Source: a bacterium (GTDB taxonomy: Bacteria; Bacillota; Clostridia; Oscillospirales; Acutalibacteraceae). From it: a stretch of 64,000 bases of DNA. How positions within the stretch are numbered: the stretch's first letter is position 1; the number at the start of each line of letters is the position of its first letter. The translations under genes were made by a program, and so were the position numbers. The notes under the pieces were generated by a model that saw nothing but the letters and a program-made list of their open reading frames with translations, was not told the DNA's origin and ran no database searches. This document shows, one piece after another, positions 30,906-40,942 of the stretch. The stretch lies in assembly GCA_963654285.1 (NCBI GenBank), contig CAVJZG010000003.1:21197-85196 (forward strand), in the 5' to 3' direction.

Positions 30906-32306
30906 TTATTTCTCGCTGTGTTCTGCCGCACGCTTGCTTGAAATATGATCGTGCACATGTTCCTTTAATTCGCCGTGGATTTTGAATTTTGCGCTGAAAA
31001 CGATAAGCGAAATTACAAGCAAAATCGGCGGCACGCCGAAGCAAAGAATGCCGATGGCATTTTTTGTGGCGTTGTTTATAACGCCGTTTGAAATTTGCTT
31101 GTTGTAGCCCATAATTCCGAGTCCGCCGAAAAGGAAAACTGTTTGAATGGTGTATGCCATCTTTTGCAAAAAGCCCTTCATTGAAAAAGTGATGCTTTCG
31201 TATCTGTTGCCGTTTTTAAATTCGCCGTAATCAACAATATCGGCAAGGAAAATCGTTTGAGCCACAAACATTGAGCCGATGCCGATGCTTGCAATGATGT
31301 AGCAAATGTCGAGCACGATTGTGATTTTTAAAATCGGACCGAAAACAAACATCAACACATAGCCGATAATTGCCATAAGCAGCGAAATTTGATAAATTGT
31401 GCGGTTTGAGAATTTCTTGCCCAAAACGGGTATAACAAGCAGACCGATAACCGAGCCGACCGCGCCTATCATTGAAAACAGACTCTGTGATTTAGGCTCG
31501 CCGAGCACATCGGTGAAATAATAAACAGCCGTGCCGCTTGTGAGATACCAGCCTGCGTTTGATATCATTGCAAAAAGCATAAACACAAGTAATTGGTCGT
31601 TTGAGCCGATAACCTTAAACATTTTTTTAAAGCTGAATTTTTCTTGGTTATAAACGACATTGCGCTCTTTTGTGGACAAAACGCAGGTAACGGCAAATAA
31701 AATCAATAAGCCGCCGCAAATCATTGCCCAGCGTGAAAATCCGCTTGCACTGTAGCCTTTATCGGTTACTTTGTCCATATCCGAAGCGAGCATCGGCAAT
31801 ATAATCGGTGTAAGCACGGTTATAACGCCCTGACCGAAGCCACTGAAAGTTCTTGCCACGGTGGCAATCAAATTTCTGTCCTTCGGGTCGTTGGTAAAGC
31901 TGGGCACCATAGACCAATAGGGAATATCAGCCATGGTGTTCGTCATTCCCCAAAGAACATACATAAAGCCTATGTAAACATAAAGCCTTGTGCCCTGCAT
32001 GCCGAATGAAGTGAACAGCAGCGAAAGCACAATCGCATTTGAAGCCGCGCCTATGATTATCCAAGGTCTGTATTTGCCCATTTTTGTTTTGGTGCTGTCA
32101 ACAATCGTGCCCATAATCGGGTCGTTAATACCGTCCCAAATTCTTGCAAGCGGTGTAAGAATAAGCAAAAATGCCTCTTTAAGCCCGAGCACGCTTGAAA
32201 GATAATAGGATAGATAAGAATAAAATAATCCGTAAGAAAGATCAAGACCGATGGCACCTACGCCGTATCCGATTTTTTCCCTCCATGTGGTTTTGTAATC
32301 CGCCAT
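30906..32306 (-). CDS. GPH-family sugar:cation symporter (MelB-like)
   Basis: ARIWDGINDPIMG..D.TKTKMGKYRPW; ADIPYWS; ADIVDYGE. Confidence 0.9.
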   Translation of the reverse strand: MADYKTTWREKIGYGVGAIGLDLSYGLFYSYLSYYLSSVLGLKEAFLLILTPLARIWDGINDPIMGTIVDSTKTKMGKYRPWIIIGAASNAIVLSLLFTSFGMQGTRLYVYIGFMYVLWGMTNTMADIPYWSMVPSFTNDPKDRNLIATVARTFSGFGQGVITVLTPIILPMLASDMDKVTDKGYSASGFSRWAMICGGLLILFAVTCVLSTKERNVVYNQEKFSFKKMFKVIGSNDQLLVFMLFAMISNAGWYLTSGTAVYYFTDVLGEPKSQSLFSMIGAVGSVIGLLVIPVLGKKFSNRTIYQISLLMAIIGYVLMFVFGPILKITIVLDICYIIASIGIGSMFVAQTIFLADIVDYGEFKNGNRYESITFSMKGFLQKMAYTIQTVFLFGGLGIMGYNKQISNGVINNATKNAIGILCFGVPPILLVISLIVFSAKFKIHGELKEHVHDHISSKRAAEHSEK

Positions 32307-32494
32307 GTTTTTGCCCTTTCGGCTGCTGAATTGCGCGCCTTTTCCGCTGCAGCCGACGGGGCGCGTTTTTTTGCGCGTTTTCGCTTGTTTTTGCGAAAGT
32401 CTGCGCTGATTTGTGTTTAATTATAGCATAAAACGTCTGCCAAAACAACAGTTGTTACAATTATGTTACAAATGTAAATGTGTGTAATTTTTGC

Positions 32495-32523
32495 TTGACA
32501 ATAATGGTTTGTATTATTATAAT
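32495..32523 (+). promoter_or_regulatory. sigma-A promoter of the dcw cluster
   Basis: Perfect TTGACA-17-TATAAT. Confidence 0.85.
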
Positions 32524-32540
32524 TGTTTGTATGAGGAATA

Positions 32541-32580
32541 AAATCCATTAAAATCCCATTAAATCCATTGAAATCCCATT
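32541..32580. repeat. four 10-bp direct repeats AAATCC(C)ATT; probable MraZ operator
   Basis: aaatccatta aaatcccatt aaatccattg aaatcccatt, between the promoter and the mraZ RBS. Confidence 0.7.
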
Positions 32581-32600
32581 TTTGAAAGGAGGGGGCAGCA

Positions 32601-33116
32601 TTGTTATTCGTAGGCACTTATGAAAATTATAAGCTTGACGGCAAAGGCAGGCTGTCCGTTCCCGTTAAATGGCGCGAAAGGCTCGGCAGAGATTTTTATA
32701 TGGTTGCCGTAACGGTTAAGGGATGCAAATGTATAACTCTTTATCCTATTGAGGAGTTTGAAAAAACCTACAGCCAAATGCAGCGCGGCACAGAAAATCA
32801 AAAATATGCCACATCAAAGGATTTTCTTCGCAATGCGGAAGAATGCTCGATGGATGCGCAGGGCAGATTAACTCTAAATCAGCGTCTTAAAAAATTGGCT
32901 TTGCTTGAAAACGAAAGCGAAATTGTTTTTGAGGGCAACGGCGAAACGATTGAAATTTGGAGTCCGCAGGAATTTAAAAAGATGGATGAAACCTTTGATT
33001 CCGCTCTCGGCATTTATGACCTTATGGATAAGGTAAACGAATCTCACGGTGCCAATAACGGCACTTCGGCAAACAAATCTGCCGGCGATAACGAAGCATC
33101 CGAAAACGGAGATTAA
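32601..33116 (+). CDS. mraZ: division/cell-wall cluster repressor MraZ
   Basis: Two DxxGR motifs (LDGKGR, MDAQGR) and IEIWS; first gene before rsmH. Confidence 0.88.
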   Translation: MLFVGTYENYKLDGKGRLSVPVKWRERLGRDFYMVAVTVKGCKCITLYPIEEFEKTYSQMQRGTENQKYATSKDFLRNAEECSMDAQGRLTLNQRLKKLALLENESEIVFEGNGETIEIWSPQEFKKMDETFDSALGIYDLMDKVNESHGANNGTSANKSAGDNEASENGD

Positions 33117-33122
33117 GCGGCA

Positions 33123-34037
33123 ATGGAATTTATTCACAAAAGCGTGCTCTTTGACGAGGCGATTGCCGCGTTGGAGCTTAATGAAAACAAAATCGTTGCA
33201 GACGGGACTGCCGGCGGCGGCGGTCATTCCCGCGAAATCGCTAAAAAAACGAAAAAACTTATCGCGATAGACCGTGATCCCGATGCCGTTAAAGTACTCA
33301 GCGAGCGGCTTGCCGAGTTTGACAATGCCGTGGTTGTTCACGATAATTTTGCCAACATAAAAGGCATTTTGAATGATTTGAATATCGGAGGGATAGACGG
33401 ATTCTTGCTTGATCTCGGCGTCAGCTCTTTCCAGCTTGACAACGGCGAAAGGGGATTTTCGTTTCATCAAGACGCTCCGCTTGATATGCGAATGTCAAAA
33501 GAGGGGCTTTCCGCAAGGGATGTTGTGAATAACTATTCGCAGCATGAGCTTGCAGATATAATTTATTGCTACGGCGAGGAAAAATTCAGCCGCAGCATAG
33601 CAGCGAATATTGTTGCCGCAAGGGAAAAAGCACCGATTGAAACCACATTTCAGCTTGTGGATATAATTAAAGAATCAATGCCGGCAAAGGAACTTCGCAA
33701 GGGTCACCCTGCAAGAAAAACCTTTCAGGCAATAAGAATAGAGGTAAACGGCGAGCTTGATAAGCTTAAAACCGCACTGGACGACGCTTTTGATTGCCTT
33801 AATCCGGGCGGGATCATAGCCGTTATAACCTTCCATTCGCTTGAGGACAGAATTGTTAAAGAAAAATTTGCCGAATGGACAAAGGGTTGCACCTGTCCGA
33901 AGGAATTTCCCGTGTGCATATGCGGCAACAAGCCTAAGGGCGAATTGCCTTTTAAATCAAAGTCGCCCACGCAGGCGGAACTTGAGGAAAATCCGCGTGC
34001 AAGGTCGTCAAGGCTTCGTGCGTTTAAAAAATACTAA
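33123..34037 (+). CDS. rsmH: 16S rRNA m4C1402 methyltransferase RsmH
   Basis: HKSVL, DGTAGGGGHS, DLGVSSFQLD, FHSLEDR, NPRARSSRLR. Confidence 0.97.
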   Translation: MEFIHKSVLFDEAIAALELNENKIVADGTAGGGGHSREIAKKTKKLIAIDRDPDAVKVLSERLAEFDNAVVVHDNFANIKGILNDLNIGGIDGFLLDLGVSSFQLDNGERGFSFHQDAPLDMRMSKEGLSARDVVNNYSQHELADIIYCYGEEKFSRSIAANIVAAREKAPIETTFQLVDIIKESMPAKELRKGHPARKTFQAIRIEVNGELDKLKTALDDAFDCLNPGGIIAVITFHSLEDRIVKEKFAEWTKGCTCPKEFPVCICGNKPKGELPFKSKSPTQAELEENPRARSSRLRAFKKY

Positions 34038-34083
34038 GCGGCAAAATGCCGTTTTGCAAGAATTTTAAAAGGAGGAAGTAAAT

Positions 34084-34590
34084 ATGGTAAACACCAATGA
34101 TTTCAGACGATATTCTTACACTTACGATGCGGCTTATGCCGTTGATGCGTTTAATCAAACCCGTTCCTCCGCAGCACCCGATGTTCGCAGGGGAAAGGAA
34201 AAAAAACGTAAGTTCACCTTAAGCCCGAATACAAAGCTAAAAAGCCGCGAAGAGGTCAGGGCAGACGAAAAACGTTCGCTTTTGCAGGCAATTAAAATCT
34301 GCGTTGTAACCGCACTTGCCGCTTCAATGCTTTTCGGCGTGCTTTTTACCTATGTGCAAAAAAACGAGCTTACAAAAAGCATTGCAAGCATAAAAAAAGA
34401 TATCTCGGTAGCACAAAGCGAAAATGTAAGCCTCAATTCGGAATTGGAGGCTCTTGTTTCCGTGTCGCAAATAGACAGTTATGCGGTTGAAAAGCTCGGT
34501 ATGACACGCGTGCAGGGTAATAATATAAAATATATCGATTCGGCTGAATACGATGCGGTGCAAAGTGCCCAAAATTCGGACGCCGAGTAA
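34084..34590 (+). CDS. ftsL: FtsL-like cell division protein
   Basis: Single TM, coiled coil, YAVEKLGM; located between rsmH and the PBP gene. Confidence 0.75.
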   Translation: MVNTNDFRRYSYTYDAAYAVDAFNQTRSSAAPDVRRGKEKKRKFTLSPNTKLKSREEVRADEKRSLLQAIKICVVTALAASMLFGVLFTYVQKNELTKSIASIKKDISVAQSENVSLNSELEALVSVSQIDSYAVEKLGMTRVQGNNIKYIDSAEYDAVQSAQNSDAE

Positions 34591-34714
34591 TATCAACGGC
34601 AAAAAAGAAGTATTATATTGAGAGTCGGTTTATCCGGCTCTCATAAAATATTTAATTAAAATCTTATAAGATTTTAAATATAGCGAAAACACTGTAATGA
34701 AAGGGCGGAATGAA

Positions 34715-36928
34715 ATGTCGATTTTAAAAAAAGGCTTTGTGGGCAGGATTATGATAATCGGGCTCGTAATAGCTTTTCTGTTTACGGCAGATGCATGCCG
34801 CCTGTTTTATATTCAAATCATCAAGGGCGAGGATTACAAAAACAAAGCCGAAAGCCAGCAACTTTCCGACACGGAAATAGAGGCAAAGCGAGGCACGATT
34901 TATGACAGCGACGGCAATGTGCTTGCTCAGTCCGCAACGGTGTGGACTGTGTTTCTCGATCCTTCAAACATCAATCAGGAAACCACGCGCACAAAGATTG
35001 TGGATTATCTTGCCTCGGTTTTTGAGTATGACGATGAGGAAAAAGCCAAGCTTACCGAAAAGGCAAACGCCGCAAACCAGTATCAAATCGTTGAAAAAAA
35101 TGTTGAAAACAGGGTAAAGGAAAAAATCGCGGAATTTGTTTCCGAAAACAAACTTGCAAAGGTTATCGGCTTTCAGGAGGCAACGGAAAGATATTATCCT
35201 TACGGCTCGCTTGCTTCTACGGTTATAGGTTTTATGGGCGAGGATTCGGGGCTCGCCGGCATTGAGGCTTATTACAACGACGAGCTCACCGGCACAAACG
35301 GTAGGCTTATAACCGCAAAGGACGCCAAATCAAATTCCATTTCAAACGATTACGAAACCACGGTTGACCCGCAGGACGGTTATTCGCTGAATTTAACGAT
35401 AAATACTACAATTCAATACTATCTTGAAAAGGAATTGCAAAGAACGCTTGAGGAATATTCGGCAAAGGGCTGCTACGGCGTTGTTATGAATTGCAAAACC
35501 GGCGCGGTGCTTGCAATGTCTTCAATGCCGGACTATGATTGCAACGAGCCGTATAAACTAACCTATCAAAAATATACGGATGAGATTGATAAGATAACCG
35601 ATTCAACCGAAAAAGCGGAAAAGCAAAGCGAATATGTGCAAAATCAGTGGAGAAACTTTACTGTGTCGGACACATATGTTCCCGGATCCGTTTTCAAAAC
35701 ATTTATGGCTTCTGCGGTGCTTGAAGAGGGCGTTGCAACGCTGGACACAAAATATACCTGCACCGGCTACATCAATGTTGATAAATACAAAATGAATTGC
35801 CATTACCATGCAGGGCACGGCACGCAAACATTAACTCAGGGACTTGAAAATTCGTGCAATCCGTTCTTTATCACACTCGGTCAAAGGCTTGGAGTGCACA
35901 ATTATTTTAAATATTTTGACGGTTTCGGTTTTACGCAAAAAACGGGCATAGACCTCCCGGGTGAGGCAAGCCCGCAGTATTACGAGGAAAATCAATACGG
36001 AATTGTTGAACTTTCATCGGCTTCGTTCGGTCAAACAAACAGCTTAACGCCGATTCAGGTTTGCACAGGGCTTTGCGCAATTGCAAACGGCGGCAAGCTG
36101 ATGAAGCCCTATGTTGTTTCCGAGATGAAAGATCAGGACGGCAATACCGTTTCAAAAACGGAGCCGACGGTGATTCGACAGGTAATAAGCGAGGATACGT
36201 CAAAAAAGGTTTGCCAAATGATGCAGTCCGTTGTTGATAACGGCACGGGCAAAAACGCATATGTTGCAGGTTATAAGGTCGGCGGTAAAACGGGCACGTC
36301 AACAAAGCTCGGCGAATCGAAGGACGGCGAAAAAAATAAATATGTCGTTTCCTTTGCGGCGATTGCCCCGGCAGACGATCCCGAAATCGCAATGATTATT
36401 ATTTGCGATGAACCGAATGTGGATCTCGGCGGCGGCGCAATCTGCGCTCCCGTTGCAGCAACGGTAATTAAAGAGAGCATGGCAGTGCTTGGCGTTGAAC
36501 CAACCTACACAGATGAGGAGAAAAAATCACTTTCCGTTAAAGCTCCGAATGTTATCGCAAAATCCGTTTCCGATGCCGAAGAGGCAATAACAAGCGTGGG
36601 TCTTGAATATAAAATAGTCGGCACCGGCGATAAAATCACAAATCAGTCTCCGGCGGCAGGAAACACGGTTCCGTCCGGCGGTCAGGTTGTGCTTTACACT
36701 TCCGGTTCGGAAAAGGAAACCGTAACCGTTCCAGATTTCACTGGTCTCACCGTTTCGCAGGCAAACAGTCTTGCGGCAAGCTGTGGGCTTAATATCGAAA
36801 TTTCCGGCAATTCTTCGTCAGATTCGCTTGTTGTGGCATATAAGCAAAGCGAGGAGCAGGGCAAAGAAGTGGACGCAGGCACGGTTATTACCGTAAGCTT
36901 TAAATCAACAAAAGCCGTTCTTGATTAA
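34715..36928 (+). CDS. class B penicillin-binding protein (FtsI/SpoVD-like) with 2 PASTA domains
   Basis: KRGTIYD; SxxK (GSVFK), SxN (SCN), KTG; VPDFTG PASTA. Confidence 0.93.
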   Translation: MSILKKGFVGRIMIIGLVIAFLFTADACRLFYIQIIKGEDYKNKAESQQLSDTEIEAKRGTIYDSDGNVLAQSATVWTVFLDPSNINQETTRTKIVDYLASVFEYDDEEKAKLTEKANAANQYQIVEKNVENRVKEKIAEFVSENKLAKVIGFQEATERYYPYGSLASTVIGFMGEDSGLAGIEAYYNDELTGTNGRLITAKDAKSNSISNDYETTVDPQDGYSLNLTINTTIQYYLEKELQRTLEEYSAKGCYGVVMNCKTGAVLAMSSMPDYDCNEPYKLTYQKYTDEIDKITDSTEKAEKQSEYVQNQWRNFTVSDTYVPGSVFKTFMASAVLEEGVATLDTKYTCTGYINVDKYKMNCHYHAGHGTQTLTQGLENSCNPFFITLGQRLGVHNYFKYFDGFGFTQKTGIDLPGEASPQYYEENQYGIVELSSASFGQTNSLTPIQVCTGLCAIANGGKLMKPYVVSEMKDQDGNTVSKTEPTVIRQVISEDTSKKVCQMMQSVVDNGTGKNAYVAGYKVGGKTGTSTKLGESKDGEKNKYVVSFAAIAPADDPEIAMIIICDEPNVDLGGGAICAPVAATVIKESMAVLGVEPTYTDEEKKSLSVKAPNVIAKSVSDAEEAITSVGLEYKIVGTGDKITNQSPAAGNTVPSGGQVVLYTSGSEKETVTVPDFTGLTVSQANSLAASCGLNIEISGNSSSDSLVVAYKQSEEQGKEVDAGTVITVSFKSTKAVLD

Positions 36929-36956
36929 CAGCTTTAAACATATTGGGGGAACAATA

Positions 36957-38393
36957 ATGAAATTATCAGAAGTATTAAACGGCATTAAAACAAAAAATGA
37001 GTTTGCCGAAGCTGAAATTGCCGATGTTACTCAGGATTCAAGGCTTGTTAAGCCGGGCTCGCTCTTTATTTGCATTAAGGGCAATACGTTTGACGGACAT
37101 TCCGTTGCAGCTGATATGGTTAAAAACGGCGCAGCAGCAGTTGTGTGCGAGCGTGATCTCGGTATTGAAAATCAGATTGTGGTTGAAAACACCAGAGCAG
37201 TTTATTCAAAAATCTGCGCAAACTTTTTCGGAAATCCTGCCGAAAAGCTTAAGCTTATCGGCGTAACGGGCACAAACGGCAAAACCACAACCACATTCCT
37301 CGTTAAACAAATTCTTGAAAACGCCGGCAAAAAGGTCGGTCTTGTTGGCACGGTGCAAAATATGGTTTGCGATGAGGTTTATCCTGCCAAATACACAACC
37401 CCCGATCCGCACGAGCTTCAAAAGCTTTTTTCACTTATGGTTAAAGCAGGCTGCGAATATTGTGTTATGGAGGTTTCGTCTCAGGCACTTGCTCAGGGCA
37501 GGGTAAACGGTCTTATCTTTGAAATCGCCGCTTTTTCAAATTTAACTCAGGATCATCTTGATTATCATAAAACATGGGAAAATTATTTTAAGGCAAAAAG
37601 AATGCTCTTTGAGCAGTGCAAAACCGCCGTTACGAATAAGGACGATAAATACGGGCTTGAAATCGTTGAGGGTTTGCCTTGCAAAGTTGTTACCTATGCC
37701 GTAAACAGCAACGATGCAGATTATGTTGCCAAAAATGTCAAATTTAAGGCAAACGGCATTGAGTACGAGCTTGTAAGCGACAAAATCGGCAGAGTTAATT
37801 GCCCGATTCCCGGCAGATTTTCCGTTTATAATTCGCTTTGTGCCGCAAGCATTGCATTAACCCTCGGCATTGAATTTGAAGAGGTTCTCTGCGCAATAGC
37901 AAAGTCCGCAGGCGTAAAGGGCAGAATTGAGGTTGTGCCCACAAATACGGATTACACGGTTATTATCGACTATGCGCATTCACCGGACGGTCTAGAAAAC
38001 ATCATTACCTCGCTTCGTGAAATCGCAAACGGCAGAGTTGTTACTGTTTTCGGCTGCGGCGGCGACAGAGATAAAACAAAACGCCCCAAGATGGGCAAAA
38101 TCGCTGCCGAACTTTCGGATTTTTGCGTTGTAACCTCCGATAATCCGCGCTCGGAAAACCCCTCGGCAATCATAAAGGATATTCTTGAGGGTATGAAGGG
38201 CGTTTCAACGCCGTATAAGGTTGTTGAAAACAGAAAAGAAGCAATCAAATGGGCAATGGATAACGCGCAAAAGAACGATATTATCCTGCTCGCAGGCAAG
38301 GGGCACGAAACTTATCAGATTTTGCCAACGGGTACAATTCATTTTGACGAGCGCGAAGCAGTTGCCGATATTTTGAAAAACTCCGACAAGTAA
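36957..38393 (+). CDS. murE: UDP-MurNAc-Ala-Glu--mDAP ligase
   Basis: GVTGTNGKTT, MEVSS, DYAHSPD, DNPR (DAP-specific), AGKGHE. Confidence 0.96.
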   Translation: MKLSEVLNGIKTKNEFAEAEIADVTQDSRLVKPGSLFICIKGNTFDGHSVAADMVKNGAAAVVCERDLGIENQIVVENTRAVYSKICANFFGNPAEKLKLIGVTGTNGKTTTTFLVKQILENAGKKVGLVGTVQNMVCDEVYPAKYTTPDPHELQKLFSLMVKAGCEYCVMEVSSQALAQGRVNGLIFEIAAFSNLTQDHLDYHKTWENYFKAKRMLFEQCKTAVTNKDDKYGLEIVEGLPCKVVTYAVNSNDADYVAKNVKFKANGIEYELVSDKIGRVNCPIPGRFSVYNSLCAASIALTLGIEFEEVLCAIAKSAGVKGRIEVVPTNTDYTVIIDYAHSPDGLENIITSLREIANGRVVTVFGCGGDRDKTKRPKMGKIAAELSDFCVVTSDNPRSENPSAIIKDILEGMKGVSTPYKVVENRKEAIKWAMDNAQKNDIILLAGKGHETYQILPTGTIHFDEREAVADILKNSDK

Positions 38394-38468
38394 TCGGCAA
38401 AAAGCGCATTTTATGCAGGCTTGATTTTCGGCTTGTTTTTTAGGAAATAATAAAAGGTAGGAATTTTA

Positions 38469-39521
38469 ATGAGCGTAACCGCTGCAATTGCCGTTGCCGC
38501 CGTAGTTGCTTTTGCAATCACCGGCGGGCTCGGATTTGTGATCATTCCATGGCTTCATAAGCTTAAATTTGGGCAAACCATTTTGGATATCGGTCCGTCG
38601 TGGCATAAGAAAAAGCAGGGCACTCCCAATATGGGCGGCTTAATGTTTATAATCGGCATCATTGTTGCATTTGCCGTAGGCGCAAGTCTTTTTACAGGGC
38701 TCGGCGGTAATCTTGAAACGGATTATTCCGCAATATTTGTCGGAAGGGAAAGGGTGTTTTTGATTGCAAGCCTTATGCTCGGCACAGGTTGCGGTCTTGT
38801 CGGCTTTGCTGATGATTTTATAAAAATCAAAATGAAAAGAAATGAAGGGCTCACACCCAAGCAAAAAACAATCGGTCAGCTTGTTATGACGGTCGGTTAT
38901 GTTGCAACGCTTTGGCTTTCAAAAAACACTGTTTGGTATTTTCCTTTTATCGGAAGCGTTGATTTTTCAAAAAATATGTTCACCGGCATTGTGTTTTGGT
39001 CACTTTCCGTTGTTATAATTTACGGCTGTGTAAATTCCGCAAATTTAACGGATGGGATTGACGGACTTTGCGCCTCGGTAACAGCTGTTATTGCCGTTTC
39101 ATTTGTCGTTATGGCGTATATAATATCATTTTCGGGGCTTGGTATTCTTGCCGCGGCTTTGCTCGGCGGTATGTGCGGCTTTCTTTGCTGGAATCATAAT
39201 CCTGCCAAGGTTTTTATGGGCGACACAGGCTCGCTTTTTATCGGCGGCGTTGTTGCAGGGCTCGGATTTGCCGTAAAATGCCCGATTTTGCTGCTGCCGA
39301 TATGCATTGTTTATGTTTGCGAAACGATGAGCGATATCATACAAATAGGGTATTTCAAAATCACTCACGGAAAAAGAATTTTTAAAATGGCTCCCATTCA
39401 CCATCATTTCGAGATGTGTGGCTGGAAAGAAAAGAAAATCTGCCGCGTGTTTTCACTCGTTAATGCAATCGGCTGCCTTGTTGCCGTGCTGATAATATAC
39501 TACGGCAGCGCAATATATTGA
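38469..39521 (+). CDS. mraY: phospho-MurNAc-pentapeptide transferase
   Basis: KQGTPNMGG, NLTDGIDG, VFMGDTGS, MAPIHHHFE. Confidence 0.97.
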   Translation: MSVTAAIAVAAVVAFAITGGLGFVIIPWLHKLKFGQTILDIGPSWHKKKQGTPNMGGLMFIIGIIVAFAVGASLFTGLGGNLETDYSAIFVGRERVFLIASLMLGTGCGLVGFADDFIKIKMKRNEGLTPKQKTIGQLVMTVGYVATLWLSKNTVWYFPFIGSVDFSKNMFTGIVFWSLSVVIIYGCVNSANLTDGIDGLCASVTAVIAVSFVVMAYIISFSGLGILAAALLGGMCGFLCWNHNPAKVFMGDTGSLFIGGVVAGLGFAVKCPILLLPICIVYVCETMSDIIQIGYFKITHGKRIFKMAPIHHHFEMCGWKEKKICRVFSLVNAIGCLVAVLIIYYGSAIY

Positions 39522-39545
39522 TTAAATAATGAAAGGAAGAGCTTA

Positions 39546-40877
39546 ATGCCGGATAAACTTACTCCGCCGGTGCATTACAGGCGTGACGACGATTCTGAAA
39601 AGCCTGCTAAAAAAAGACGCACCCGTTATGATAAAAAAAGAATAAGCAGGGCGCAGCGAACCGGCTCGGCTCAAAGTGAAGCCACCGTATTGCGCCCGAA
39701 AAGCAGTTTTGGCAAGCTCAACAAAAAAGATATTTTTACGCGCGGCGGCATGGATATTCCGCTTTTCGCGCTCACAATAATTATTCTTGCAATCGGGCTT
39801 GTAATGCTTTTTTCGGCTTCGTATCCGTATTCTTATTTTAAATATGACAATTCATACAAATTTTTTGTAAAGCAGCTTATTTTCGCCGTTGTGGGAATAG
39901 CGGCAATGCTGTTTGTTTCAAAAATAAATTACAAGATTTTTCAGGCAACGGCAAAATATTGGCTCGGGCTTACTTTGTTTTTGCTTGTGCTTGTTTTGTT
40001 TTATCACACAAATGTTGCTACCGATGAGGGCGAGGCGTTCAAAAGGTATATTCAAATACCGGGTTTATTTCAGTTTCAGCCGTCCGATGTGGCAAAATTC
40101 ACGCTCACCATCGTGCTTGCATCATATGTAAGCATTTATCATAAATGGATGGGCACCATGAAATACGGCATTATTTATCCTGCCGCAATTGTTGCCGTTT
40201 ATTGCTTGCTGATATTTGCGGAAAATCATATGTCAGGCACAATAATTGTCGGCGTAATCGGGCTTACGGTTATGTTTGCCGGCGGTTCAAATAAAAAAAT
40301 ATTCGCAATCGGCTTGGCGCTCGTTGTTGCCGCGGTATTCGTCGTGATTTTGTTTCCGCAGATTTTACCGAATTATGTTCAGCGAAAACTTATTGCGTTC
40401 ACGGATAAGGATTATCAGCCGCTCGGCGCACGCTGGCAAACAAATAACTCTCTTTATGCAATCGGCTCCGGCGGCTTGTTCGGCACCGGGCTCGGCAATT
40501 CAAAACAAAAATATCTTTATGTTTCTCAGCCACAAAACGATTTTATTTTTTCAATTGTGTGCGAGGAACTTGGATTTGTTGGTGCACTTGCGATTATTCT
40601 TCTTTTTGCTGCGCTTGTTGTTCGCGGATTTTATATTGCCACCAAAATTAAGGACAGCTTTGCTTCGCTTACCGTTATAGGAATTATGACTCAGCTCGGC
40701 GTGCAGGTGGCTCTTAATATACTTGTTATAACGGATTCGATTCCGAACACGGGCATTTCGCTTCCGTTTTTCAGCTACGGGGGTACGGCGCTTGTTATGC
40801 AGCTGTTTGAAATCGGCGTGGTGCTTGCCATATCCAGAAAAGCCAATTTAAGAAAAGCAGACACGGAGTTTGTTTAA
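39546..40877 (+). CDS. ftsW: FtsW/SpoVE SEDS peptidoglycan polymerase
   Basis: FQPSDVAK, AIGSGGLFG.G, NDFIFSIVCEELG, PFFSYGG. Confidence 0.9.
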   Translation: MPDKLTPPVHYRRDDDSEKPAKKRRTRYDKKRISRAQRTGSAQSEATVLRPKSSFGKLNKKDIFTRGGMDIPLFALTIIILAIGLVMLFSASYPYSYFKYDNSYKFFVKQLIFAVVGIAAMLFVSKINYKIFQATAKYWLGLTLFLLVLVLFYHTNVATDEGEAFKRYIQIPGLFQFQPSDVAKFTLTIVLASYVSIYHKWMGTMKYGIIYPAAIVAVYCLLIFAENHMSGTIIVGVIGLTVMFAGGSNKKIFAIGLALVVAAVFVVILFPQILPNYVQRKLIAFTDKDYQPLGARWQTNNSLYAIGSGGLFGTGLGNSKQKYLYVSQPQNDFIFSIVCEELGFVGALAIILLFAALVVRGFYIATKIKDSFASLTVIGIMTQLGVQVALNILVITDSIPNTGISLPFFSYGGTALVMQLFEIGVVLAISRKANLRKADTEFV

Positions 40878-40942
40878 TCCGTGTATATCAAAACGAAAAC
40901 TCGGCTCGTTAGATTACAGAACACGAGAAATCGGAGGAAATT

